A stretch of 64,000 nt of DNA from Pedosphaera sp. (GTDB taxonomy: Bacteria > Verrucomicrobiota > Verrucomicrobiia > Limisphaerales > SIBH01): contig JANOQV010000137.1 of NCBI GenBank assembly GCA_031414955.1, forward strand, positions 1 to 64,000, read 5' to 3'. The position numbers and the translations under genes were made by a program. Shown piece after piece: positions 28,992 to 38,981 of this stretch; position 1 is the stretch's first letter; every line of letters begins with the position of its first letter. The notes under the pieces were generated by a model. The model saw only the letters and a list, made by a program, of their open reading frames with translations. It was not told the origin of the DNA and made no database searches.

Positions 28992-29215
28992 CGGGTTGTT
29001 GAAACATGGGGGAGATTTTACCACAGGCTGGTTTTTGTGGTTTGATGGGAGCTTTCCTGCCTTGAAAAGCATGAAACTTGTTCCGAGTCTGTGGCGCGCC
29101 GGGGGCTTTTGAGTTCGCAAACGCGTCGTGCGAGCCGCAGAGCATCAACTCTTTGGTCTGCCGCGAGTCCTTCTGCTTGCCACCGCAGCTGCCAACCTCG
29201 CAGCCGAACAGCGAA

Positions 29216-29456
29216 GTAAACGATTCTCCGAGCACCTTATCGACAGGAGGTCTTCAGAGGGTTCGTCAACGTCAGAGCAGGTACGCTCTGACGTCTATGA
29301 TGCTTTCTGAAGCGGAGTCTGGCGCCGGGCTTTGGCCCAGGCTTCGGAGGTGACTTCGATGGTTTGCCGGTTGGTCATCTTGGGCAGGCGGGTGAGGACG
29401 TCGCGCAGGTAGGCGTAGGGATCTAGCCACCGGCGGCGGCAGCTTTCCACCACAGT
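29216..29456 (-). mobile_element. IS66-family remnant: transposase C-terminus plus right terminal repeat
   Basis: Minus frame 29456-29295 reads TVVESCRRRWLDPYAYLRDVLTRLPKMTNRQTIEVTSEAW..., matching the IS66 TnpC C-terminal motif. The end GTAAACG...AGCACC at 29216 resembles the GTAA terminus of IS66. Confidence 0.78.
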
Positions 29457-29693
29457 TTAGAGGATTGAGCGCACCTTGAAGGCACCAACAACACGAGACT
29501 GGAAAGTCTCTCTACCCTGCCGGCTGGAAAGCCGACGTTACATAGTGCCAGCTTGGGCTTCGCCGGTGGAGATTTGGGTGCCAAAGAAGGCACCGTTTCG
29601 TTCCTGCGCTCAAAATTCAGACTATGAGACATCTCGTTTCAGCAAAGTGTCCAACTGGCAGACATCACGCACGCGCCTCCAAGCGCAGAGCCT

Positions 29694-29708
29694 TGGCACG
29701 GTGCTAGC
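29694..29708 (+). promoter_or_regulatory. Putative sigma54 (-24/-12) promoter
   Basis: TGGCACGGTGCTAGC has GG-N10-GC spacing, about 130 bp upstream of ATG 29838; the -12 element is TAGC rather than TTGC. Confidence 0.4.
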
Positions 29709-29837
29709 TAACCCTTCTCATCAGCAACAAAACTTCGTTCACGGGCAGACTCGTGTCCTGGGTTCAATGGAAAATTCAAATCTTAAATTTAGCAACGCAA
29801 GGCAATCTTTTGCCTACCCGAAAGGGGGTGAATAAAC

Positions 29838-30224
29838 ATGGCTACAAATCCTAAAGCAACCGGTGATCACATCAACGCCATCATAGACGGCTGGACCGAA
29901 CACGCGCCCGACGCGCAGTTCAGCGGTCTCACCCTCGCGCAGTTCAAGGAGAAGGTGCAACCTTCCCTCGATACCCGCGTGGAGATCGAAGACCTCGACC
30001 GTCAACGGGACGGCAAGCGCGTGGACCGCAATAACGCGGATGTCATCAGCGAGGAATTCACGCTCAACGTGGTGAACTCGGTGAAGGGCGATTCCAACTT
30101 CGGTGAGAACAGCGCGCTGTATGCGTCCTTCGGTTACATCCGCAAGGACGACCGCAAGAGTGGTCTGACCCGCGCCGCCACCAACGTGGTGCCCGTCCCC
30201 ACCGTCCTGAAAGCCGCCGCGTAA
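29838..30224 (+). CDS. Hypothetical helical protein (…GENSALYASFGYIRKDDRKSGLTR… type)
   Basis: 128-aa ORF with strong SD (GGGGGTGA), host-like codon usage and its own terminator. Confidence 0.8.
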   Translation: MATNPKATGDHINAIIDGWTEHAPDAQFSGLTLAQFKEKVQPSLDTRVEIEDLDRQRDGKRVDRNNADVISEEFTLNVVNSVKGDSNFGENSALYASFGYIRKDDRKSGLTRAATNVVPVPTVLKAAA

Positions 30225-30243
30225 GCGGTGAGCGCAACTCCAG

Positions 30244-30281
30244 AGGCCGGACCCTGGCACGGGTCCGGCCTTCTTAATTTT
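30244..30281 (+). terminator. Rho-independent terminator
   Basis: AGGCCGGACCC-tggcac-GGGTCCGGCCT followed by TCTTAATTTT. Confidence 0.75.
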
Positions 30282-30422
30282 GGAGCGCGAGTCGATCAAG
30301 CCGGCGACTTGTCCGGCAAAGCCGGTCCTGCTGCGTTCGCGCTTTCAACTTCCCCGACGATCACGTAAGAGACGCTCGCCAATGAAATCCGGACGACCAG
30401 TTGCCTTGGAAGTGCGCCTTCA

Positions 30423-30443
30423 GTCATTCGTCATTCGTCATTC
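30423..30443 (+). repeat. Heptamer tandem repeat (GTCATTC)x3
   Basis: Read directly; ends 4 nt before the ATG at 30448. Confidence 0.85.
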
Positions 30444-30447
30444 CTAA

Positions 30448-31419
30448 ATGCCCCTGCTCGAAATCAAAAATCTCCAGCTTGAGTTCGGGTCACGCGAGCG
30501 ACCCTTGCGCGCCGTGGATGGAGTGTCGTTCAGCATCGACGCCGGTGAAACGGTTTGTCTGGTGGGCGAGAGCGGTTGCGGCAAGAGCGTCACGGCCCTC
30601 TCCATCGCCCGGCTGCTGCCGGCGCCACCCGTGCGTTACACGGGCGGCGAGATACTTCTGAACGGACGCGATGTGCTGAAGATGAACCAGGCCGAGTTGC
30701 GGCGGATTCGCGGCGGCGTGGTCAGCTACATTTTCCAGGAGCCGGGCGCTTCGCTCAACCCTGTCTTCCGCATCGGCAGCCAGATTAAGGAATCGCTACG
30801 TCTCCACCGGCCCGAGCAGGCCACCGACGCCGAGGTGATCCGGCTGCTCAAGCTGGTGGGCATCTCGGCGCCGGAGTCGCGGAGGCAAGATTATCCGCAC
30901 CAGCTTTCCGGCGGCATGCAGCAACGGGTGATGATCGCCATGGCGCTCGCCTCCGAACCGAAGCTGCTCATTGCCGACGAACCAACCACGGCGCTCGACG
31001 TGACCATTCAGGCGCAGATTCTCGAACTGCTGCTCGATCTCAAGCAGCGCCTCGGCATGGCCATGCTGCTCATCACGCACAATCTCGGCATCGTGAGCGA
31101 CATCGCGGATCGTCTCGCCGTGATGTATGCGGGGCAGATTGTCGAGATGGCGCCTGCAACCGATTTACTGCGCCGCCCGCTGCATCCTTACACTCGCGCG
31201 CTCATGAACTCCGTGCCCAAGCTCGGCCACGGGCTGGAGCGCCTCCAGGCCATCGGCGGCACGGTGCCGAACCTCGGCGCGTGGCCGAAGGGCTGCCGGT
31301 TTTACCCGCGCTGTCCGAACGGACCCAAGCATCCCGAGTGCGCGGAACAAGCGCCACCCCTCACCGAAGTCGAACCCGGCCGCTGGGTGCGTTGTCTCTA
31401 CAGCCAGGAGCTCGCATGA
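30448..31419 (+). CDS. Peptide/nickel ABC transporter ATP-binding protein (OppD/DppD type)
   Basis: [48 protein letters not shown]. Confidence 0.92.
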   Translation: MPLLEIKNLQLEFGSRERPLRAVDGVSFSIDAGETVCLVGESGCGKSVTALSIARLLPAPPVRYTGGEILLNGRDVLKMNQAELRRIRGGVVSYIFQEPGASLNPVFRIGSQIKESLRLHRPEQATDAEVIRLLKLVGISAPESRRQDYPHQLSGGMQQRVMIAMALASEPKLLIADEPTTALDVTIQAQILELLLDLKQRLGMAMLLITHNLGIVSDIADRLAVMYAGQIVEMAPATDLLRRPLHPYTRALMNSVPKLGHGLERLQAIGGTVPNLGAWPKGCRFYPRCPNGPKHPECAEQAPPLTEVEPGRWVRCLYSQELA

Positions 31420-31763
31420 AGGAATGTCCCGAGTGCGAACTGTGGAATCAGGATGACGCCGACACCTGCCGGCACTGCGGCACGGCGTTTTTCGTTAAGC
31501 TGGAATACCTCCAGGGCCGGCTCGACGATCCGGCGGACAATCTCGTGGTGGTCGGCGAATACCCGAGCGTGGTCGAGGCCAGCCTGGTGCAGGCGCTGTT
31601 GGAGGGCCGCGGCCTCAACGCCTGCATTCCCGAGGAACTCACGCCGCAGATTTTCTGGAACTTTGCCCTCAGTCCCATCGAGAGCGTCACGGTGCGCGTG
31701 GCGGCTCGCGACGCCGACACCGCGCGCCGGATTCTCGCGGAACATAAATCGGAACAACCGTGA
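31416..31763 (+). CDS. Zinc-ribbon plus DUF2007-like putative signal-transducing protein
   Basis: CPEC-x10-CRHC followed by [14 protein letters not shown]...VRV...[13 protein letters not shown] and GTGA overlaps with both neighbours. Confidence 0.72.
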   Translation: MKECPECELWNQDDADTCRHCGTAFFVKLEYLQGRLDDPADNLVVVGEYPSVVEASLVQALLEGRGLNACIPEELTPQIFWNFALSPIESVTVRVAARDADTARRILAEHKSEQP

Positions 31764-32725
31764 ACCTGCTCGAAGTCAAAAACCTCAAAGTTCATTTCCC
31801 GGTGAAGCGCGGACTGTTCAGCCGTGTGGCCGGACAGGTGAAAGCCGTGGATGACGTGAGCCTGACCATCGCGCCAGGTGAGACGCTCGGGTTGGTCGGT
31901 GAAAGCGGCTGCGGCAAGACTACCTTGGGTCGCGCCATTATCCGTCTCGTCGAACCGACCGCTGGCAGTGTTCTGTTTGACGGAGAAGACATCACCGGAC
32001 TGGAGGGCGAGGCGCTGCGTGCGCGCCGACGGAAGTTCCAGATGATCTTTCAAGATCCCTTTAGCTCGCTCAATCCGCGCCTGACCGTGAACCAGATTAT
32101 CGGCGAGGCCATCGACATTCACCGTCTCGCGGACAGCCCGACGGCGCGGCGGGCACGCATTCAGGATCTCCTGCGTGCCGTCGGGCTTGATGCGACTCAT
32201 GCCGAGCGTTATCCGCACGAGTTCAGCGGTGGCCAGCGGCAGCGCATCGGAATCGCGCGGGCATTAGCGATTGAGCCAAAACTCATCGTCTGCGACGAGC
32301 CGGTGAGTGCGCTGGATGTCTCGGTGCAGGCGCAAATCGTGAACCTGCTCATGGACCTCCAGCAGCAACACGGACTGGCCTACCTGTTCATCGCCCACGA
32401 TCTCGCGGTGGTCGAACACATCAGCCACCGCGTCATGGTCATGTACCTGGGCCGGGCCGTGGAGATCGCCGAGGCGCGGAAGCTCGTCCGTGCTTCGAAG
32501 CATCCCTACACCCAGGCCTTGCTCTCCGCCGTGCCCGTCGTCGATCCCGACTCGAAGCGCCGGCGCATCGTGCTCTCCGGTGATGTCCCCTCGCCTATCA
32601 CGCCGCCGCCAGGCTGCCCCTTTCATCCGCGTTGTCCGGTGCAGGAACCGCGCTGCGCGACGGAGATTCCCGCACGGCGGGAAGTGGAGCCGGGCCATTG
32701 GGTGTCGTGCCATCTGGCGAAGTGA
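31760..32725 (+). CDS. Peptide ABC transporter ATP-binding protein (OppF/DppF type)
   Basis: [48 protein letters not shown]. Confidence 0.92.
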   Translation: MNLLEVKNLKVHFPVKRGLFSRVAGQVKAVDDVSLTIAPGETLGLVGESGCGKTTLGRAIIRLVEPTAGSVLFDGEDITGLEGEALRARRRKFQMIFQDPFSSLNPRLTVNQIIGEAIDIHRLADSPTARRARIQDLLRAVGLDATHAERYPHEFSGGQRQRIGIARALAIEPKLIVCDEPVSALDVSVQAQIVNLLMDLQQQHGLAYLFIAHDLAVVEHISHRVMVMYLGRAVEIAEARKLVRASKHPYTQALLSAVPVVDPDSKRRRIVLSGDVPSPITPPPGCPFHPRCPVQEPRCATEIPARREVEPGHWVSCHLAK

Positions 32726-32861
32726 GCGGGTGGAAGGCGCCGGGCGAGGCACAGCGCGACACGTCCTGGTCTCCCGCACTTGCCTTGAATTTCCCGCGCG
32801 GCTCTCAAGTCAATTTCCGGTGCGACCGATGGCTCACAGCAGTCATCACCAGCAACTCAGC

Positions 32862-33608
32862 ATGGATACAAAATCAAATTGGAAGACGGAAACTCGCGGC
32901 GCGCGTCAGGCGTTCACGCTCATCGAGTTGCTCGTGGTCATCGCCATCATCGCCATCCTGGCCAGTCTGCTTCTGCCCGCGCTGGCCAAGGCCAAGGAAT
33001 CCGCCAAGCGCATCCAGTGCGTCAATGACCTCCGTCAGATCGGCATGGCCGTGGTGATGTATGTGGATGAACACGAAGGCTATTTCCCCGAGCGTGGGAA
33101 CACCCCGAGCAGCACCAGCAATTATTGGCCGCTCCTGCTCCAGCCCTATTACGTGGAAACCAAGGTGCTGTACTGCCCAAGTGACATAGCCAACCCGCCG
33201 AATTTCGGGTCGAGCAGTCCATTCGCCGCACTCAGCGCCAAGCGCAGCTATCTGTTCAACGGCTTCAATGACTACTTCTCCGGTCTGCCGCCCGGCGGCT
33301 CGGAAGCGAAAGTGCCAGAGAGCGCCGTCCAGACAAGCAGTGAAACGGTTTTGTTTGGCGAGAAAGACAGCGGCGACGGAACGCCCGCCAATCCGGGTTC
33401 AGGCCACTGGTGGATGGATTACTGGGCCGGCGATGATTACAAGGAACTCGACCAGACTCGCCACGGAAGAACGGCGACAGCCTCGGGCGTGTCCAACTTT
33501 GCCTTCGCGGACGGCAGCGCGCGCAGCTTGCGGTTTGGCCAGTCCCTCAACCCGGTCAACCTTTGGTTCCTGGATCCCGCGCAGCGCAACCTTGGCGCTT
33601 CGTTCTAA
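32862..33608 (+). CDS. Prepilin-type N-terminal cleavage/methylation protein (DUF1559, H-X9-DG type)
   Basis: [40 protein letters not shown]...SNFAFADG. Start 32829 or 32862. Confidence 0.88.
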   Translation: MDTKSNWKTETRGARQAFTLIELLVVIAIIAILASLLLPALAKAKESAKRIQCVNDLRQIGMAVVMYVDEHEGYFPERGNTPSSTSNYWPLLLQPYYVETKVLYCPSDIANPPNFGSSSPFAALSAKRSYLFNGFNDYFSGLPPGGSEAKVPESAVQTSSETVLFGEKDSGDGTPANPGSGHWWMDYWAGDDYKELDQTRHGRTATASGVSNFAFADGSARSLRFGQSLNPVNLWFLDPAQRNLGASF

Positions 33609-33629
33609 CTTTTTCTGGATGGCCCAGCC

Positions 33630-33662
33630 GCCGGATGCACTCACATCCGGCTGTTTTATTTC
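33630..33662 (+). terminator. Putative Rho-independent terminator between convergent genes
   Basis: GCCGGATG-cactca-CATCCGGC then TGTTTTATTT. Confidence 0.55.
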
Positions 33663-33731
33663 CGGCCCAGGACGCTGCGGAATCTTCAAGCGGCCGACTG
33701 CCGCTCCACGATCTGTGAAAGCCAGCCTCCA

Positions 33732-34280
33732 CTAATTTTTCCGCCGGGCCGGGGAGGACTTGAGCGCGCGCTTTCCGGCTTTTGCCTTCGGCGGCTTGGC
33801 ACTGCTAACCTTTTGCGATCCCCGGCGCATCATTGTTTTGATCACTGATTCGTAGTAACTGATGAATCCCTTGGCGGAGGTGCGCCGGATGGAGTTGCCG
33901 ATCACTTCCAGTGCCAGGTCTTCCAGTTTCCTAAAACGCACGCAGGACTTCCCCATGTCGAGTTTCTTGCCCGTCTTCGCCCAGGCTTCGCGAAACGGTT
34001 TCTCGCGATCCGGGCCATACGCGCAGCCCAGATAGAGGGACATGTAATTCTTCTGCGCTGCGAGACAGATGAAAGGCAGCGGCTGCCTCGGGTCGCAATG
34101 GTAGCCCGGCGGATAAACCCGGTGCGGCACATAGTAGCCGATCATTCCGTACTGCATGCCTTCCTCGAACACCGGGTCGAGGTGCTGGAGAATGACCGCA
34201 CGCACGCCCTCGATGGCCGACCGGCGTTCGGCGGGCAGTTCCGAAAGGTACTGCTGAACAGTGGTGGCTTTGCTTTGCAT
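33732..34280 (-). CDS. DUF1801 domain protein
   Basis: TVQQYLSELP.ERR, MQYGMIGY.VP...YP.GYHC, QKNYMSLY, LDMGKSCVRF. Confidence 0.82.
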   Translation of the reverse strand: MQSKATTVQQYLSELPAERRSAIEGVRAVILQHLDPVFEEGMQYGMIGYYVPHRVYPPGYHCDPRQPLPFICLAAQKNYMSLYLGCAYGPDREKPFREAWAKTGKKLDMGKSCVRFRKLEDLALEVIGNSIRRTSAKGFISYYESVIKTMMRRGSQKVSSAKPPKAKAGKRALKSSPARRKN

Positions 34281-34325
34281 GATGCCTCGGAAGCTAGCCG
34301 GACTCTTGTTTCGAGGCCACGCAGT

Positions 34326-35093
34326 TCAGTAAGCGCCTGCTCCCAAGCCCTTCGCCTGGGTCGTGATCTCAACCGGCTGCTCGCCGAGGCCGCGCCTTTT
34401 TGCCTCCTGCAAGATCGCCGCCGTAGCCGTCGCACCGATGCGGGTGACACCGAGCGAACGCACGAGCAACAAATCATCCAGCGTGCGGACGCCGCCCGCC
34501 GCCTTGATTTGCACACTGGGCGGGCAGTTGGCGCGCATGAGTGTGAGGTGCGCAACGGTTGCGCCTTTGTAGTTGTATGAACCGTCCGGTTGCTTCACGA
34601 AACCGTAGCCCGTCGAAGTCTTGACGAAGGCCACGCCAATCTCCGAGCAGATGGCGCAGAGCCGGATGATGTGCGCGTCCTGCAAATAGTCGTTCTCAAA
34701 AATCACTTTCAGGATCGCGCCGTTCGCCACCACCACGTCGTTGATGGCCTTGATTTCATCGCGCACGTAAGTCCATTCGCCCCCCAGCGCCTGGCCGATG
34801 TTGATGACCATGTCGATTTCCGCACCGCCGGCGCGCGCAGCCTCTTCAGCCTCGCGCACTTTGTTAGCCGTGGTGCTGTTGCCGTGGGGAAAGCCAATCA
34901 CTGGACAGACCAGCACGCTGGAACCGGCCAGCACTTCGCGGGCGAGCGGAATGGCGTAGGGCTTCACGCAGGCCGTCGCCACGTCGTATTGGCGGGCCAG
35001 TTCGCAACCTTGACGAATGTCCGCATCGGTCATCGTCGGGTGCAGCAACGAGTGGTCGATCATCTTGGCCAGGTCACGGAGTGTGATTGTCAT
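34326..35093 (-). CDS. deoC: Deoxyribose-phosphate aldolase
   Basis: MIDHSLLHP, IGFPHG, EIDMVIN, KVIFE, FVKTSTG, IKAAGGVR, RIG. Confidence 0.92.
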   Translation of the reverse strand: MTITLRDLAKMIDHSLLHPTMTDADIRQGCELARQYDVATACVKPYAIPLAREVLAGSSVLVCPVIGFPHGNSTTANKVREAEEAARAGGAEIDMVINIGQALGGEWTYVRDEIKAINDVVVANGAILKVIFENDYLQDAHIIRLCAICSEIGVAFVKTSTGYGFVKQPDGSYNYKGATVAHLTLMRANCPPSVQIKAAGGVRTLDDLLLVRSLGVTRIGATATAAILQEAKRRGLGEQPVEITTQAKGLGAGAY

Positions 35094-35235
35094 GGGCGAA
35101 AGGGAAATGCGGACGGGCGGGACAAGCAATCGAAAAGCGCACGGGCCAGGCGCGGGTCGAAATCATTTGGACTGCGCCGGCAGAGTGGCTGCGGCGACGG
35201 CGCTTTCAAGCACGCAGACACCGCTCACCGAGCAA

Positions 35236-35307
35236 GGCCTCACGCCAAGTCCGCGAAGGACGCAAAGGTTTCTTTCTTCGCGACCTTGGCGGACTTCGCG
35301 TGAGGCC
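35236..35307. repeat. Imperfect intergenic palindrome (~32-bp arms)
   Basis: GGCCTCACGCCAAGTCCGCGAAGGACGCAAAG ... CTTCGCGACCTTGGCGGACTTCGCGTGAGGCC. Confidence 0.8.
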
Positions 35308-35430
35308 AATCCATGCCCGTGCGGAAGCGGCGTTGAGAATGGAACTGAAGGTCAAGACGGGTCACTTCGCGACCAGCGTCTGACTTGCCGCCGCAATCCA
35401 AATGAGCGCCGCCACGTTGAACACCCGCAC

Positions 35431-36315
35431 TTACCAGTTCAATTGCTTGGGGAAAAACTCCGCGATCAGATCCTCGTAAAACGGGCGCAACGCCTTCGAG
35501 TCCGGCTTGGCGTGGCTCTTGGTGTAGAGGTCGTAGGGGTTGAAAGCCCGCACCTGGTCGAACAGCGCCTGGTCCCTGGCATTCATCAGGTACTCGTAAT
35601 CGCGCTCGCGATGCGCCGGGTAGAACGAGTGATAGCGAATCATGTAAAGCGCTTCCTCGGGCAGATAATCCTTGGTGACGTGGTAGAGGTATTCGTCGTG
35701 GCCCCACGACAGGCACACCTTGTCCAGTCCACCGCCCTCCTCGTAAACGCCGAGGCGTGTTTGAAAGCGCGGGTTCCCCGAGTCCGGGTTCGCTTTGAAG
35801 AAATCCTTGAAGACGATGCTGTCCGCGTAAGCGCAGCCGACGGGAAAAGTGTCACCCACGACCGCCCACTGCGGCTCGCCGTAGAGACACAGGATTTTCC
35901 CGAGGTCGTGAATCAACCCGGTGAGAATGAACCAGCGCGGACGTCCGTCCTGGCGAATCTGCTCCGCCGTCTGGAGCAGATGCTCGAGCTGCGTCATGTC
36001 CGTGTCAGGGTCGCTGTCATCGACCAGCGTGTTCAGAAACTCCATCGCCTCCCACACGCTCATCGTCTTGCGCGACAGCGACAGGAACTCCTTACGTTTG
36101 GCCTGCACGAAATCATAACTCTGGTTCGTGTGATTCAGCCGGTAGAACTCGCGCACGGTCGGCCGGGCGTTGGCTTCGTAGTTGCGAAACTGCTCCTTGG
36201 TCTTGTCCGGGTTCGGGCCGACCAGTTTCGTCGCGGGCGTAGGGTAACGCTCGACCAGTGAATCTTCCCATTCGTCGAGGCTGTTCAGCGGTCGGGCATC
36301 GGACGCGGTTTGCAT
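35431..36315 (-). CDS. myo-Inositol oxygenase (MIOX family, HD di-iron)
   Basis: [72 protein letters not shown]. Confidence 0.92.
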   Translation of the reverse strand: MQTASDARPLNSLDEWEDSLVERYPTPATKLVGPNPDKTKEQFRNYEANARPTVREFYRLNHTNQSYDFVQAKRKEFLSLSRKTMSVWEAMEFLNTLVDDSDPDTDMTQLEHLLQTAEQIRQDGRPRWFILTGLIHDLGKILCLYGEPQWAVVGDTFPVGCAYADSIVFKDFFKANPDSGNPRFQTRLGVYEEGGGLDKVCLSWGHDEYLYHVTKDYLPEEALYMIRYHSFYPAHRERDYEYLMNARDQALFDQVRAFNPYDLYTKSHAKPDSKALRPFYEDLIAEFFPKQLNW

Positions 36316-36321
36316 GGCCAG

Positions 36322-36351
36322 AAGTTACGCCAGGCGAGCGAGCGACGTCAA
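36322..36351 (-). promoter_or_regulatory. Putative sigma70 leaderless promoter of the inositol oxygenase gene
   Basis: Minus strand TTGACG-N18-TAACTT, 6 nt before the ATG. Confidence 0.6.
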
Positions 36352-36466
36352 CGCGCCGCCCGCAAGTGGGTGGGACAGGAAGAGGCGCTCATCGAATGAC
36401 TCGTCGTCGTCGGGCGAGGCGCTGGCGCGGGCCGGCGAAATAGACCGCGAAGAATCATCGCGGAGC

Positions 36467-37846
36467 ATGACTGGACTGGGTAAAGTCCCGCCCGTGGGAA
36501 CCAAGTTGACGCCGGTTCGTGCATGGATACTGCTGGTCTGCCTGCTGGGGCGGCCGGCCCCGCTGGCGGCGGCACACGATCAGCCCACGGTTCCCCCACC
36601 TCGTTTTTGGACGCAATGGCGCGGGCCGCTCGCCAATGGCGTAGCCCCGCTCGCCAATCCGCCCATCGAGTGGAGCGAGAAGAAGAATATCCGCTGGAAG
36701 ATCGAATTGCCCGGCCAGGGCCATTCCTCCCCCATCGTCATCGGCGACCGCGTGTATGTGATGGCGGCGACGGCGGTGGGCCGGGAGCAGAAGCCGGTGC
36801 ATGACTCCGCGCCGGGCGTGCATGACAGCGTGCCGGTGACCCACACCAACCAATACATGGTCATGGCGCTGGGCCGCAATGATGGCCGCGTGTTGTGGAA
36901 GAAGATCGTGCGCGAGGAGTGGCCGCACGAGGGCGGGCACAATACGGGCAGCCCGGCCTCGAATTCGCCGACCACTGATGGCCAATTCCTTTACGCCTTC
37001 TTCGGCTCGCGCGGGCTTTACTGCCTCGACACGAACGGCGTGGTGCAATGGCAGGCCGACCTTGGCAAAATGCAGACCTTGCACGCGCACGGCGAAGGCA
37101 GTTCGCCGGTTCTCCACGGCGACACGCTCATCGTCAACTGGGACCACGAAGGCAGTTCCTTCCTTTACGCCTTCCACAAGCGCACCGGCAAACAGCTCTG
37201 GAAAGTCGCGCGTGATGAAAAGACTTCGTGGTCCACGCCGCTCGTCGTGGAGCAGGACGGCAAACCGCAGGTCATCGTCAGTGCCACCAAGCGCGTGCGC
37301 GGCTACGACCTCGCGACGGGCGCGCAACTATGGGAATGCGCCGGTCTCACGGATAACGTCGTCTCCTCGCCGGTCTCTTGGCGCGGGTTGATCATCGCGG
37401 GCAACAGCTACTACTCGCAGGCCATGGTGGCGATCCGACTGGCCGGTGCCAAGGGCGACATCAGCAACACGACCAACGTCGCGTGGCGGCTCAACCGCCT
37501 GACACCCTACGTCTCCTCCCCCCTGCTCTATGACGACACGCTCTATCACCTCCGCCACAACCAGAACATTCTCGTGCGGCTCGACCCGGCCACGGGCGGG
37601 TTCCGCGGCGAACCACTCCGGCTCGACGGTCTGCGCGATTTCATCTTCTCCTCACCGGTCGGCGCGGCGGGCCGCATCTACATCACGGGACGCGACGGCC
37701 GGACGGTCGTTCTCCGTCACGACCAGGAGAACGCCACGCTGGCCGTGAACCAGCTCGACGACTCCTTCAGCGCGAGCGCCGCGCTGGTGGACCGGGAGCT
37801 TTATCTGCGCGGGGAAAAATTCCTTTACTGCGTGGTGGAGAAATAG
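36467..37846 (+). CDS. PQQ-binding-like beta-propeller repeat protein
   Basis: WTQWRGP, IRWKIELPGQGHSSP, repeated SSP...G..LW motifs, LYLRG..FLYC. Start uncertain. Confidence 0.85.
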   Translation: MTGLGKVPPVGTKLTPVRAWILLVCLLGRPAPLAAAHDQPTVPPPRFWTQWRGPLANGVAPLANPPIEWSEKKNIRWKIELPGQGHSSPIVIGDRVYVMAATAVGREQKPVHDSAPGVHDSVPVTHTNQYMVMALGRNDGRVLWKKIVREEWPHEGGHNTGSPASNSPTTDGQFLYAFFGSRGLYCLDTNGVVQWQADLGKMQTLHAHGEGSSPVLHGDTLIVNWDHEGSSFLYAFHKRTGKQLWKVARDEKTSWSTPLVVEQDGKPQVIVSATKRVRGYDLATGAQLWECAGLTDNVVSSPVSWRGLIIAGNSYYSQAMVAIRLAGAKGDISNTTNVAWRLNRLTPYVSSPLLYDDTLYHLRHNQNILVRLDPATGGFRGEPLRLDGLRDFIFSSPVGAAGRIYITGRDGRTVVLRHDQENATLAVNQLDDSFSASAALVDRELYLRGEKFLYCVVEK

Positions 37847-37921
37847 GTGGCGCACGGAAACCCCGCCTGCGTTCCGCGAGCGAACGCGGAGCGAGTCACT
37901 CCCCCAATCTCACTCACGGCT

Positions 37922-37949
37922 GGACTTCGGACTTCGGACTTCGGACTTT
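37922..37949 (+). repeat. Heptamer tandem repeat (GGACTTC)x3 GGACTTT
   Basis: Read directly; lies just upstream of the ispD start. Confidence 0.85.
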
Positions 37950-37956
37950 GATCCGC

Positions 37957-38631
37957 GTGACCAGCGCCATCATCGTCGCCGCCGGACGCGGCACCCGCAT
38001 GGGACCGGACATCGACAAGCTCTTCCTGGAAGTGGCCGGGCTACCCGTCATCGCCCACACTTGGACGGCCTTCGAGGCGGCGGCGTGCATCGATGAAATC
38101 GTGCTCGTAATCCGCGGGGGCATGGAGGAGTCCTTCCGTGAAATCGGTGCCCGGCTCGGGGTGAAGAAGCCGCATCGTTTCGCTCTCGGCGGCGCGGAGC
38201 GGCAGGATTCCGTGTCTCACGGATTGGCTGCGCTGGGCGTCGGGACCGACGTTGTCGCCATCCATGACGGCGCACGACCGTGCGCTTCGCAACTACTCAT
38301 CGCTGAAACAGTGCGGGCGGCGCGGGAGCACGGTGCTGCCGTCGCCGCCCAGCGGATCACGGACACCATCAAGGAATCCGCCGATGGGGCGACCATCTCC
38401 CGTACGGTGGATCGTTCCCAACTGTGGTCCGTGCAAACGCCCCAGGCTTTTCGCGTGACCGTGATTCGCCGCGCCCTCGCGGCCGCTCAAGCGCGTGGGC
38501 TAAAACTGACCGATGACACCGCCGCCTGCGAGCTCATCGGGCAATCCGTCCGGCTGGTGGAAAGCAAGCAGCCCAACCCCAAAGTCACCGTGCCCGCCGA
38601 CCTGCCTTTTATCGCCTCGCTGTTGCGATAG
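37957..38631 (+). CDS. ispD: 2-C-methyl-D-erythritol 4-phosphate cytidylyltransferase
   Basis: AIIVAAGRGTRMG...K, GGAERQDSV, IHDGARP, DTIK, VQTPQAF, TDD, NPKVT.PADL. Confidence 0.93.
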   Translation: MTSAIIVAAGRGTRMGPDIDKLFLEVAGLPVIAHTWTAFEAAACIDEIVLVIRGGMEESFREIGARLGVKKPHRFALGGAERQDSVSHGLAALGVGTDVVAIHDGARPCASQLLIAETVRAAREHGAAVAAQRITDTIKESADGATISRTVDRSQLWSVQTPQAFRVTVIRRALAAAQARGLKLTDDTAACELIGQSVRLVESKQPNPKVTVPADLPFIASLLR

Positions 38632-38981
38632 GGAGCGAGGAGGACGGCGATTCGGTGCCGCCTGCAACGTGGCGGCGGTGGCAGGACTTCTACCCGGCTT
38701 TGGCCAAGTGGAAGGGGCCGGCCTGAACGGCTGGGCGGCTTCAGTGGTCGCCTGCGTCCAACGACGCCAATCCTCGCGATGGCAAGTCTCCAACACCCCA
38801 AGAGCCACGGTAAAGGCGAGTTCGGCACCGAGGTATTCCACTGGCAGCCCTGCGGTTTACCGCCGCTTCCGTTGAATCAGCTTTCAAAATGTTACCCACC
38901 GGGCCGCGGTTCCGCATTGCCCATCGGCCCTCATTCTGATGTGATTCCGCCCTGTCGGACGCACCCAAACTAGTTTTACCT

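Noticed and set aside
38800..38870. Riboswitch upstream of the giant protein gene
   Set aside because: CGGTAAA/TTTACCG can pair, but I could not match the conserved core of c-di-GMP or other known riboswitches; an Rfam search is needed.
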